Assembly: GCF_000012285.1 (NCBI RefSeq)
Contig: NC_007181.1
Location: forward strand, 60,001 to 92,000
Source of the DNA: Sulfolobus acidocaldarius DSM 639
Lineage (GTDB): Archaea; Thermoproteota; Thermoprotei_A; Sulfolobales; Sulfolobaceae
Length of the DNA: 32,000 nucleotides
Reading direction: 5' to 3'
A program made the translations under genes and the position numbers. A model generated the notes under the pieces. That model was not told the DNA's origin, ran no database searches, and saw only the letters and a program-made list of their open reading frames with translations. Numbering within the stretch: position 1 is the first letter of the stretch; every line of letters starts with the position of its first letter. Positions 14,705-23,653 of this stretch are shown here, piece by piece.

Positions 14705-15799
14705 GTGAAAAAGTTGACTGAAGGTGGAGATAGGTACGAGATATATTGGATGGTGATAGGTATCGTGTTACTAGCAATTACTGCACTAGCGACCTATCCT
14801 ATGGTTTACACATTAGGTGGAAGCCCTAACGTAACTTCAGATATCCCATCTAATACATCGAGTAATAGAGTCATAAATACCATAATTAACGCTACCCAGT
14901 ACACGTTTATGATAAGTGAGTCCTCAGAAAGCCTAAAGTCAATTACGATTCTTCCAAACGGGGAAATTTTACCATATTACTACAATCTCATGGTTGTTCA
15001 TCCAGGCGAATATTTAAACATGACAATGTATGGTGTTGAAGGTAAATCAGCCACAGAAAGTATGTATATTCCTGTCTATAACTCCAAGTATGTAGTAGAT
15101 ACAAAGATTTTACCTGGGATATCACAGTATGCAGTATGGTACTCTGGTACCACTAATGGTTCATATTTACCCTATGGCGCATATACTTTCTTAAACTCAG
15201 AATATAATGGTCCTTGGTTTTCATATCAGGCTGGGGAAATTTTAGTAATACCTGAAAGCGGATATATTCCCTATTCCTCTCTTCTTTCATATATCTCATC
15301 AACTAAAGTTGCGCAGTCGTCAGGATTGATTGGAGACCCATATAATCCTCCTCTTTACATTAGTAATTCTACTGATCCTACGTTCTACTTAGTCAGTGAT
15401 GATTATGCATTGTTTAATGATAGTGTTCCCGGTCCTACATTTGCTGTCGCGGAAAATTCCACTGTTACTTTAAAGATCTATATTCCAACTCCAAAAGGAG
15501 ATCATAATTGGCTGTACAACTACTCAAGTAACGGGGAACCTTACGCAATTAATAATATCTATGTAGGTGTTTATGCGGTATGGTGGAATGGAACCATAAC
15601 TCCTGTTGTTTATCAGCTTATAAAATACGATTCGCCAATTAACTTCACGTTTGAAGCTAGAGCTCCGGCATATCTATATGGTATCATCTATCCTTCCTTC
15701 TATAACTTCAATCCAAACAACCTATCAAGTAGTTTGTTAGGAGAGCAAAAGGGATATGTAATGTCCTTATGGGGTTCAGTCTTAGTTTTTGAGGGGTGA
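14705..15799 (+). CDS. doxC: Terminal oxidase subunit, DoxC-like
   Basis: 364 aa, N-terminal TM plus large extracellular domain, GTG start. Size and order match DoxB-DoxC-DoxE. No CxxxC CuA motif seen, consistent with a quinol oxidase. Confidence 0.8.
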   Translation: MKKLTEGGDRYEIYWMVIGIVLLAITALATYPMVYTLGGSPNVTSDIPSNTSSNRVINTIINATQYTFMISESSESLKSITILPNGEILPYYYNLMVVHPGEYLNMTMYGVEGKSATESMYIPVYNSKYVVDTKILPGISQYAVWYSGTTNGSYLPYGAYTFLNSEYNGPWFSYQAGEILVIPESGYIPYSSLLSYISSTKVAQSSGLIGDPYNPPLYISNSTDPTFYLVSDDYALFNDSVPGPTFAVAENSTVTLKIYIPTPKGDHNWLYNYSSNGEPYAINNIYVGVYAVWWNGTITPVVYQLIKYDSPINFTFEARAPAYLYGIIYPSFYNFNPNNLSSSLLGEQKGYVMSLWGSVLVFEG

Positions 15800-15993
15800 G
15801 AACTAAAATGGTTAGTTTCTTTAAACTGTTAGGAATAGGTTACTTATTTGCTGTAATAGGATTGATCTGGGAACTCCTGGATATAACTCTTCACCAGGCT
15901 GCAACTAGATATGTTCTACCATTTACAGTTACGGCATTTATTGGGTTTGTAATATTTTTCCTGATGGTCTACTTTTCACCCAGTAAAAAGTGA
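15796..15993 (+). CDS. doxE: Small terminal oxidase subunit, DoxE-like
   Basis: 65 aa, two TM segments, overlaps the doxC stop by 4 nt with GTG start. Confidence 0.75.
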   Translation: MRTKMVSFFKLLGIGYLFAVIGLIWELLDITLHQAATRYVLPFTVTAFIGFVIFFLMVYFSPSKK

Positions 15994-16004
15994 ATTTCTT
16001 TTTT

Positions 16005-16736
16005 CTATTTCATCAGTATCTTTTTAGTGAAGTTCTCATGAATTTGTCGAATAACCTCCTTCTCTTCAATTTTCTTTAATTCAGCTATCTTCTTTACTGT
16101 AAATATTACATTACAAGGCTTATTTCTCTCCATCTTTTGTGGTGGTAGAAAGGGTGAATCTGTTTCAGTTAAAATATAGTTTAAATCTATATTTTTTACT
16201 ACTTCTTGCCTGTATTTATCCCTAACTATAACTGGTGGAATTGAAATCATGCCACCTAACTCCACTATTTTTTGGGCTACAGAGGGACTTCCCTCAAATG
16301 CATGTATGACAAAGTTTACATTATATGAGGACAGGAGATTAATTAAATCATTAATTCCTCCTCTCACATGTATTATTAGAGGTTTTCTTTGGCGTTCCCC
16401 TTTATCTAAGAATTTTGAAAGTATCTCTAGCTGTTTTTTCCTGAATTCAGGTTCCTTTATCCAAAAGTAGTCTATTCCTACTTCACTTATTATATTAACA
16501 TTATCGACTAGCTCAAGACATTTATCAACCTCATCTAACTTATCTTTTACGAACTCAGGGTGAAAACCTACTGCTGGTATTACATTGTTATACTTCTTAT
16601 AGAGTTCTAAAGTTTTGAGGTTACTTTTTATATCTACTCCTGCGTTAATTACTGTTATTTCGCATTCACTTAAAACTAGGTCTCTGTCTCCATCAAAAGA
16701 CTCCACATCAATATGCGCATGAACATCTACATACAT
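16005..16736 (-). CDS. TatD family hydrolase/DNase
   Basis: YVDVHAHIDVESFDGD...NVIPAVGFHPEF...EVGIDYFW...PLIIHVRGG...HAFEGSP...ILTETDSPFLPP. Confidence 0.9.
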   Translation of the reverse strand: MYVDVHAHIDVESFDGDRDLVLSECEITVINAGVDIKSNLKTLELYKKYNNVIPAVGFHPEFVKDKLDEVDKCLELVDNVNIISEVGIDYFWIKEPEFRKKQLEILSKFLDKGERQRKPLIIHVRGGINDLINLLSSYNVNFVIHAFEGSPSVAQKIVELGGMISIPPVIVRDKYRQEVVKNIDLNYILTETDSPFLPPQKMERNKPCNVIFTVKKIAELKKIEEKEVIRQIHENFTKKILMK

Positions 16737-16781
16737 TGTAAGCCAGAAATAAATTAAGGTATAAAATAATAAAAAGGATTT

Positions 16782-16944
16782 TTATTTCCAGGCTTCCCTT
16801 AGGATTTGTATTTTCACTACATTCTCGTTCTCATCATAGATAACTCTAACTAGATCTCCTTCTTTGACTTGGAATTTCTGTCTTATTTTTGCAGGGATTG
16901 TCACTTGATAATTTCTTGATACTTTAACTATCTCTTCCACCATG
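16782..16944 (-). pseudogene. AbrB/SpoVT-AbrB domain protein with an apparent frameshift
   Basis: From ATG 16944: MVEEIVKVSRNYQVTIPAKIRQKFQVKGRRSS*. Dropping one base in AAAGGAAGG restores ...FQVK-EGDLVRVIYDENENVVKIQILREAWK*, a normal 53 aa AbrB-type protein. Confidence 0.75.
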
Positions 16945-17129
16945 TTTTCCCAGTCATAATATATTTATCATAATATTTAAAACTTTACTATAAATATGAA
17001 AAGTCAGATTTCCGCGGAAAAGGGAAAATAGTACTAATAAGATTAGATGTGTTTTTTGATATTTTTTGTCAGAAACGTTAAATCCTATATTTATCTAGTT
17101 TAAAAGTATAACTTGATATGATTTATAAC

Positions 17130-17157
17130 GATCAAAAAAATATAAATACTTGATCAA
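17130..17157 (+). promoter_or_regulatory. Putative promoter/operator: inverted repeat GATCAA...TTGATC around an AT-rich TATA-like element
   Basis: gatcaaaaaaatataaatacttgatcaa; TATA-like tataaata at 17141-17148, about 35 nt upstream of the ATG at 17181; ACTTGAT also repeated at 17111-17117 and 17148-17154. Confidence 0.5.
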
Positions 17158-17180
17158 TTAGAACTTTATTTGTGAGATAA

Positions 17181-17561
17181 ATGTCCCAAATTAGCGGAGC
17201 TAGAATGAAGTTTCCGTCTGGAAAAGACGCTACATTAATTGACGTACTATCGTTCTGTTATGGTCTTTCAGAAACTGATGTACAAGTATTAGTTGCATTA
17301 GCAAAAAGCGGTGCTAAAGGCACAGAAGAATTGGAGAGTGACCTCAAATTATCTAAGGCTTCTATAAATCGTAGCCTCAATAAGTTGCTTGAAATGGGTT
17401 TAGCAATGAGGATCAAAGAGTCTGTAAATAAGGCGGGTAGACCTAGATATCTCTATAAGGCTAGAGACTATAATGAGCTTAGGAGTAAAATATTAAGTGA
17501 TCTTAAAGATTGTGCAGACAAAATGGCTAAACTAGTTGAGCAAGAATTTACCCTTCAGTAA
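17181..17561 (+). CDS. Lrs14-like archaeal winged-HTH transcriptional regulator
   Basis: 126 aa; LIDVLSFCYGLSETDVQVLVALAKSGAKGTEELESDLKLSKASINRSLNKLLEMGLAMRIKES...GRPRYLYKA, characteristic of the Sulfolobales Lrs14 family. Confidence 0.88.
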   Translation: MSQISGARMKFPSGKDATLIDVLSFCYGLSETDVQVLVALAKSGAKGTEELESDLKLSKASINRSLNKLLEMGLAMRIKESVNKAGRPRYLYKARDYNELRSKILSDLKDCADKMAKLVEQEFTLQ

Positions 17562-17582
17562 TTCCCTTGACTTTTCCCCTAC

Positions 17583-18254
17583 TTAGTAAACATCCTCTAT
17601 GACATATTTCCACTCGAACTCACTCACTCTTTCTTTATGTCCACGTATTTTTAGCTCTCTACTGAATAAAGGTGCATAAACCACGAATGTTTCAGCTTCT
17701 CCACCTTCAAAAGCGGGATTAAAACCATATCTCTCAGCAGCATAAACTATCTTCTTGATATCTTCCATTTCGATGACCTTTCCTACTAACTCAAAGGGAA
17801 AGCCATAAGCTGATGCTGAAGTTATAATGAACTTAAATCCATCTCTAACTAGGCTATACATGTACTCTTTCTGGTCTTTTCTCCAGAGCGGAGTGTAAGT
17901 CTTTAACCCAAGCTCTTCAGCAATGATACTTATATTCAATCTCTGGTAATCTGATAAGAGAGCTCCAGCTACTATTCCTTTAGCACCTTTCTTTTTAGCT
18001 TTTTCAAACGCAATTTTTAGGTCGTTTAGCTCCCTGTCCTTCTCGCCAGTAGTTTCCTGTTGTATTATTTCGAAACCCATTACCTCAGCCTGTTTCTTTG
18101 TGAATATGACATTAGGGTATTGAAACATCCAAGAGTCTTCCCTTCTGGGGAGAAGAGTTATTAAACATATCACATCAAAGCCCTTAAAGACTGCCCAATG
18201 TAATGAATATGTACTGTCTTTTCCCCCTGAATATAGCACGCAAACCTCTTTCAT
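17583..18254 (-). CDS. Diphthine--ammonia ligase-like ATP pyrophosphatase (DPH6 / DUF71 family)
   Basis: [18 protein letters not shown] (PP-loop) ... [20 protein letters not shown]. Confidence 0.88.
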   Translation of the reverse strand: MKEVCVLYSGGKDSTYSLHWAVFKGFDVICLITLLPRREDSWMFQYPNVIFTKKQAEVMGFEIIQQETTGEKDRELNDLKIAFEKAKKKGAKGIVAGALLSDYQRLNISIIAEELGLKTYTPLWRKDQKEYMYSLVRDGFKFIITSASAYGFPFELVGKVIEMEDIKKIVYAAERYGFNPAFEGGEAETFVVYAPLFSRELKIRGHKERVSEFEWKYVIEDVY

Positions 18255-18718
18255 ATTTTATAACAATAAATTGTATGTTCAGTGGGTCCAAAAAATCCCA
18301 TCGCTGTAATTCTCTTTACCTTTACCAGGTCTAGTTTTTGAAACTGAAAGTCGTGAGAGACTATTTTAGCCCCCTTTTTTGCATAACCTAATATATACGG
18401 TTCAATAATCTCGTTAGTCCTCGTGGACAAATAGGATACTAGAATTGTGGCTCTAGGCAACAAGACTGGAGCCAATGAGATCATATCCCCACATATGATT
18501 TCAACATCTCTGTTATTCTCTTGGTATGAAACAAAGGAGAGCTTTTTATCCAATTCCACACCTATTGCTAGTTTTACCTTAAATTCCTTTTTTGCCACAT
18601 TCAATATGGCACCCATTCCGGAACCAAGATCTAGAACCACATCATTTTCATTAGCGTCTGCACACCTTAACATTTCTCTTGCTACTTCCGGAGGTGTAGG
18701 AACAAATGGTACTAACAT
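18251..18718 (-). CDS. Class I SAM-dependent methyltransferase resembling archaeal protein lysine methyltransferase (aKMT)
   Basis: [40 protein letters not shown]...IGVELD...[11 protein letters not shown]...EHTIYCYKI. Confidence 0.8.
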   Translation of the reverse strand: MLVPFVPTPPEVAREMLRCADANENDVVLDLGSGMGAILNVAKKEFKVKLAIGVELDKKLSFVSYQENNRDVEIICGDMISLAPVLLPRATILVSYLSTRTNEIIEPYILGYAKKGAKIVSHDFQFQKLDLVKVKRITAMGFFGPTEHTIYCYKI

Positions 18719-19299
18719 TTTATTATATATTTACTTAATGTAAATTTAGGTTTATAGGAATTTGTAAGATCATCCCAGTTATTAACATTTACAAAGGACT
18801 TTAACGGTATTCCTTTGAGCCTAATTTCATGAGTGCCAACAATATATATCCTTTTAGCCAGTTGTACGAAATCTAACATCTTCTTTACCTTATCGATGTT
18901 ATCCCTGAGAAATTTCAGGGAGTAGCATCCTATAAGAGGTTGTAATTCACCCGTATCAACTATAGATATTTCCGCGTCTTTACTGCAAATCTCGTCAGCT
19001 ATTCTCTTCGAAAGAAAGGGATAGTCACAGCCCGTTATAAATACCTTCTCCTTACTCAAGTAAGGTAATGCAAGCTTTATTGCTTCTACTGGTCCTCCAT
19101 TTACATTGTCCAATACTTGAATTCCATTTTTTATCCTTCTAATTCTTTTTGTTACTATTATCGGTTCATCAAAATTTTCACTGATTCTCTGAAGGAATGT
19201 TTTACAGTCAATTTCATGGTCACACTTATCCTCCCCAAACCTTTTTGAGGCTCCTCCTGCAAGGATTACAACGTTATAAGATAAGGTGCTGAAGCTCAA
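18712..19299 (-). CDS. mobA: Molybdenum cofactor guanylyltransferase (MobA-like)
   Basis: [29 protein letters not shown]...[17 protein letters not shown]...[12 protein letters not shown]. Start near 19299-19277 uncertain. Confidence 0.85.
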   Translation of the reverse strand: MSFSTLSYNVVILAGGASKRFGEDKCDHEIDCKTFLQRISENFDEPIIVTKRIRRIKNGIQVLDNVNGGPVEAIKLALPYLSKEKVFITGCDYPFLSKRIADEICSKDAEISIVDTGELQPLIGCYSLKFLRDNIDKVKKMLDFVQLAKRIYIVGTHEIRLKGIPLKSFVNVNNWDDLTNSYKPKFTLSKYIIKC

Positions 19300-20443
19300 T
19301 TTCTTCTCCCTTATGGTAGATTCTGCCTCTCTTTAACACTCCAAACCCCTTAGCTTTAATTAGTTCGCTATAAAGTCCTGTACCCCATCTAAGCGGTTTA
19401 GCCAAAATGCCAATAGTGTCAAATAGATAAATGGAATCCATTTTGTGCTCGACCTGTACATCCTCAGAGAGTATATATTTTCCAAATTTTCTCACTTCCT
19501 GTCCTATCATTCTGGAAATCATATGTAACCCATGCTCATGAAATACAGTCAGAGCTGACACTACTTGTCCTGGAAGATTAATGACAGGTTTTCCATTGAT
19601 TACACCGACTCCACCTCGTTTTATTATATTTACACTTACTCCCTCGAACAATAAGTCCCCTAATTCTGCTATAACTCTCTTTGAGTAGTCCTTTTCCCCA
19701 ACCGATGATCCCCCTATCAACACTATGTAGTCACAGTTCTCAACCATACTTTCCAGCTTAGTCTTCAGAGATTCCTTATGATCACTGACTATTCCAAAGT
19801 AATTTGCAACTCCGAACTTTCTGAGTATAGAAATAAGAATAGGTGAGATTGAGTCTGGTATCTTATTATCCTCAGGAGAGTCATAGGGACATAGTTCGTC
19901 CCCAGATGCCAAAACACAACTATTAATATCCACGATATCAACCTCTCTGATTTTTTGCATTGTTAGAACGCCCAAGTGATAATGGTTTATGACTTCTCCT
20001 TTTCTGACTATTATATCTCCTTTCTTAATATCCTCTCCTGCAAACTTTATGTCCTTGCCTTCGAATACGTCTTCACTGAACACTATTTGATTATCTCCAC
20101 TTATTTTAGTGGCTTCTATCCTAGCTATAGCATTTGCACCTTTAGGTATTGGAGATCCTGTTGCAACATAATACGCCTCTCCTTCTTTTAACTGTGGGAT
20201 TTCTGAACTGGATGGAAATATCTTCCCGGCGATCTTTAACTTACCATTCTTCTTATAGTCAGAAACATTGAACGCAAATCCATCCATTGCAGAGATGTTA
20301 AACTCAGGGATATCGATCTTAGCCACAATGTCTTTCCCTGCTACTCTCCCAACTGCATTGTATATGCTCTCAGACCTAATATTAGCATTTCTTATGTTAG
20401 CATTATCTATTATCTTCCTAGCTTCTTCCAGTGATATTAACAT
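19274..20443 (-). CDS. moeA: Molybdopterin molybdenumtransferase MoeA
   Basis: PEFNISAMDGFAF...GSPIPKGANAIARIE...DIKFAGEDIKKGDIIVRKGEVI...VLIGGSSVGEKDY...GGVGVINGKPVINLPGQVVSAL. The track extends to 20476; MLISLEEARKI (ATG near 20443) is the more plausible start. Confidence 0.9.
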   Translation of the reverse strand: MLISLEEARKIIDNANIRNANIRSESIYNAVGRVAGKDIVAKIDIPEFNISAMDGFAFNVSDYKKNGKLKIAGKIFPSSSEIPQLKEGEAYYVATGSPIPKGANAIARIEATKISGDNQIVFSEDVFEGKDIKFAGEDIKKGDIIVRKGEVINHYHLGVLTMQKIREVDIVDINSCVLASGDELCPYDSPEDNKIPDSISPILISILRKFGVANYFGIVSDHKESLKTKLESMVENCDYIVLIGGSSVGEKDYSKRVIAELGDLLFEGVSVNIIKRGGVGVINGKPVINLPGQVVSALTVFHEHGLHMISRMIGQEVRKFGKYILSEDVQVEHKMDSIYLFDTIGILAKPLRWGTGLYSELIKAKGFGVLKRGRIYHKGEEIELQHLIL

Positions 20444-20462
20444 TAAATAAATATTTCCTTTT

Positions 20463-20978
20463 ATGCAAAAAAACATTATGGACTGTATAATTCAGGTTGT
20501 AGGTAAGAAAGATTCAGGTAAGACCAGTGCAATAGAGAGGGCAGTCAAGTCTCTCAAGGATATGGGATATTCCGTTACTGTTCTCAAACATTCTCATCAT
20601 TCCCTTGATTCACCAGGGAAAGATACCTTTAGGTTTAAGCAAGCTGGAGCTGATTATGTCCTCTTCTTCGGAAACGATTGTGGTATGTTTATTCCTTGTG
20701 ACATTAATATAATCTATCTATTACCCACAGACATTCTTATAATAGAAGGGTATAAAGACCTTAGTTTAGGGCAAAAAATTGAGATAGAGTCGCCGTCTCA
20801 AATAGAGAGTGTGTCGAAAAGGATAGTCGAACTAGGAAGTTTATGTAATAAATTGGAAGGGAAGTTCATTGTGAATGGGGGAAATGAGGTTGACATAAGT
20901 AGGGATAAGATGTTAAAGATGTTGTACAAACTTCTGAATTTTTTAAATATTAAGGAATTGTCCGTGAGAAATAGCTAA
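20463..20978 (+). CDS. mobB: Molybdopterin-guanine dinucleotide biosynthesis protein MobB-like
   Basis: IIQVVGKKDSGKTSAIERAVKSLKDMGYSVTVLKHSHHSLDSPGKDTFRFKQAGAD...ILIIEGYKDL. Start could be ATG 20463 or 20478. Confidence 0.88.
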   Translation: MQKNIMDCIIQVVGKKDSGKTSAIERAVKSLKDMGYSVTVLKHSHHSLDSPGKDTFRFKQAGADYVLFFGNDCGMFIPCDINIIYLLPTDILIIEGYKDLSLGQKIEIESPSQIESVSKRIVELGSLCNKLEGKFIVNGGNEVDISRDKMLKMLYKLLNFLNIKELSVRNS

Positions 20979-21150
20979 TTTAACTTCTTAAGTTTTTAGA
21001 CAGTGAGAATTAAAAACTAATAATTTAGACCATTTAGCAAACTGAGATTTTTACAATTCTATCTCTAGTAATTATAATGTTATATCTACTCTATCTGTAT
21101 CAGAATATATGTTAAAAAATTAAATATTTAAGAGAATAGGATAAGGTGAT

Positions 21151-21846
21151 ATGCTAAATCTCTTTAAGTGTCCAATAGATGGGTCAAAACTTATTGAGAA
21201 GTGGAAATGTGAGAGAGGTCACTCTTTCGTCGAGATGGAAGGAATCATTAATTTCGTTTACAGTGATGTTAAGCTAAACGATATACTTGAAAGAGTGTCC
21301 GGAATATATGAAAATATTTGGGCTCCTTTAGGTCTCTTTGTGAGCTCTGGTCATAGGTACTCTGAGATAATGAATAATGCAGGAAAGTTTGTGTCGGGGG
21401 ATACGGTAATCGATATTGGCACCGGCACTGGGAAACTTTTCGATTACACTATCTGTAATTATTGTTTTGGAGTTGATATCTCAAGTAAATTTTTAAGAAT
21501 ATTAAAGAAGAAAAGACCTAAGGTTGTAGCATTAAGAGCAGACGTTAATAAATTACCTTTCAATGATGAGGTCGCTAATGGTGTTTCGGCTATGTTCATG
21601 CTTCATTTACTTCCATCTAAAGTTACTGCCCTAAGGGAAATTTACAGGGTTCTTAAACCTAAAGGAAAATTTGTTGCTTCAATTCTTACGAGAAATAATA
21701 CAGTAAGTAGTATTCTAGCTAGTTGGTGGAAAATAGATTTGCATCAAGTGGAATATTATGTACAACTCTTTAATGAGATAGGTTTTTCAAACATAAATTA
21801 TGTGAGATTAGGAGCTTGGAGCTATATTACTTGTACCAAGACTTGA
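21151..21846 (+). CDS. SAM-dependent methyltransferase with N-terminal Zn-ribbon-like segment
   Basis: FKCPIDGSKLIEKWKCERGHSF...DTVIDIGTGTGKLFDY...VVALRADVNKLPFNDEVANGVSAMFMLHLL...EIYRVLKPKGKFV. Confidence 0.83.
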   Translation: MLNLFKCPIDGSKLIEKWKCERGHSFVEMEGIINFVYSDVKLNDILERVSGIYENIWAPLGLFVSSGHRYSEIMNNAGKFVSGDTVIDIGTGTGKLFDYTICNYCFGVDISSKFLRILKKKRPKVVALRADVNKLPFNDEVANGVSAMFMLHLLPSKVTALREIYRVLKPKGKFVASILTRNNTVSSILASWWKIDLHQVEYYVQLFNEIGFSNINYVRLGAWSYITCTKT

Positions 21847-22237
21847 AAATGATTAAAGAAAACAGTAGAAAACTAGCGCCATCCAATCCATTAACTAGCA
21901 TTGTTATAGCATTTGAATAGAATATTGTATATACGGCTATGTAGATGCCAAACGTTATAAATACTAAGAATATACCCATTAACGCGATAGAGAAGAACCC
22001 TTCTCCTTCTCCCACTATTAAAGAAAAAATCTTTGTGCTACCGGTTATAGAGTAGAATATTCTTTCAACTCCAACTATTACGCCTAGAAAATAGAATGGA
22101 TAAGGGTTAAGAGTATATATAGCATCAAATAATCCCACGTGCACATTTATGATTAGGAACAGAGACGTAACGAACATCACTAAGCCTATTACAAAGTTAG
22201 TGAGTCTTTTCGCTAGTACTTTAATTCTATGGGCCAT
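21827..22237 (-). CDS. Hypothetical membrane protein
   Basis: 136 aa, about four hydrophobic segments; overlaps the upstream ORF 22213..22638. Confidence 0.65.
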   Translation of the reverse strand: MAHRIKVLAKRLTNFVIGLVMFVTSLFLIINVHVGLFDAIYTLNPYPFYFLGVIVGVERIFYSITGSTKIFSLIVGEGEGFFSIALMGIFLVFITFGIYIAVYTIFYSNAITMLVNGLDGASFLLFSLIIFKSWYK

Positions 22238-22638
22238 GCCATAACACCTATAAAAGTTTCACCTAATTCTACATCTACTAACTCACCTAAAAGTATTCCT
22301 CCTAAAGTTCCTAACACTAGACCTCCAAGTCCGCCCAATGTATACCCCAGAGCTGCCCCTAATCCTCCTCCTGCAATCTTTCCAATATACTGGTCTTTTA
22401 TCATGTAAATTCTAGCAAAATCGTAAGTTCCATATTTTCCTTGTTTACTAAGAAGGTAAGCTAGGTCTGCTATGGCCTCTTTTAATTCATTAATGTCATT
22501 GGTTCTATATAGTGTCGTGTATTCCTCAATGTTGCCATTTTTTCTATAATACGTTATTATAAATCCTGCTTTCGTAAATGTTCTAATAGAATTTGGTGAT
22601 TTTCTATTGCCCATAAGTTTAAAAATTACTTTGTACAT
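22213..22638 (-). CDS. Hypothetical protein with glycine-zipper-like hydrophobic segment
   Basis: 141 aa; IAGGGLGAALGYTLGGLGGLVLGTLGGILLGELVDV near the C-terminus. Confidence 0.65.
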   Translation of the reverse strand: MYKVIFKLMGNRKSPNSIRTFTKAGFIITYYRKNGNIEEYTTLYRTNDINELKEAIADLAYLLSKQGKYGTYDFARIYMIKDQYIGKIAGGGLGAALGYTLGGLGGLVLGTLGGILLGELVDVELGETFIGVMAWPIELKY

Positions 22639-22750
22639 CAGTATATTTTGATAATATTGTGATAAATATTTTTTCCTCTTATATGTAAACGATACGAATT
22701 TTAAACCTTAAATTTTAATTCTATGAGCTTTAACATAACATTGATTATGG

Positions 22751-23005
22751 ATGATCACCAGCCAAGACAGTAAGAAATACTATGCTGTTAGCAAACTAGA
22801 TAGTCTTGACCTAGAAAAAAATGTGCAAAGTGGCTATCACGAGCACGTCTCTTCAGCTATTGATGAGATATCAAAGAATGTTAAAGATATACTTAGATCC
22901 CAAGGATATTCTGGAAAATTCGAAATTTTCGTTGAAGTATATGCGAAGGAAAATGGTAAGTCAAGATTAATACAAACTGTGAAGTTAAAAATAAATGTGA
23001 ATTGA
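22751..23005 (+). CDS. Small hypothetical protein upstream of the DtxR-like gene
   Basis: 84 aa ORF ending 3 nt before the regulator start; ...FEIFVEVYAKENGKSRLIQTVKLKINVN. Confidence 0.65.
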   Translation: MITSQDSKKYYAVSKLDSLDLEKNVQSGYHEHVSSAIDEISKNVKDILRSQGYSGKFEIFVEVYAKENGKSRLIQTVKLKINVN

Positions 23006-23008
23006 GGT

Positions 23009-23653
23009 TTGGCTGAACTATCTGAACCATTGGAAAATTACCTAAAGGAGATTTATGAACTTGAGGAAATGAAGGGTCACGCTAGGGTTACCGATATCAT
23101 AAATGATTTTAACATATCTCCTGGTACAATAAGTAAGGCTCTTTCCAAGCTCGAGAAACTGGGGCTAATCAAGAGGGATAATAAGAGACTTACATTAACC
23201 GAGGAAGGGAGAAAAATAGCAGAGAGGTTAATTAAATCTCATAGACTCTCTGAAAGACTTTTAACTGATATATTAGGTATAGATTGGATAAGGGCTCATG
23301 AGTTAGCCCATAGATTAGAGCATATATGGCCTGAGGATATAATTGAAAAAATAGATGTTATGTTAAATAAACCCTCCACATGTCCTCACGGGCACCCTAT
23401 TCCTGGTAGGGGAATCAAGATAAATGGTGTTTTACTCACTGAGGCAGAAGTCGGAAAATTGTATAAGATTTCAATGATAGTTAAGGAAGAAGAGTGGATA
23501 CTTGCAATGGTTAATCAAAAACACATAATACCCGGTACAAAGATAGAAGTTTTAGGCAAAGATCAAAATATCACAAAGGTTAAGATTAATGACAGGATAG
23601 ATGAGATTCCTAATGTTTTAGCAACTCAGATATTGGTTGAAAGGATATTATAG
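23009..23653 (+). CDS. DtxR/MntR family metal-dependent transcriptional regulator
   Basis: [49 protein letters not shown]...[19 protein letters not shown]...[14 protein letters not shown] start. Confidence 0.92.
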   Translation: MAELSEPLENYLKEIYELEEMKGHARVTDIINDFNISPGTISKALSKLEKLGLIKRDNKRLTLTEEGRKIAERLIKSHRLSERLLTDILGIDWIRAHELAHRLEHIWPEDIIEKIDVMLNKPSTCPHGHPIPGRGIKINGVLLTEAEVGKLYKISMIVKEEEWILAMVNQKHIIPGTKIEVLGKDQNITKVKINDRIDEIPNVLATQILVERIL

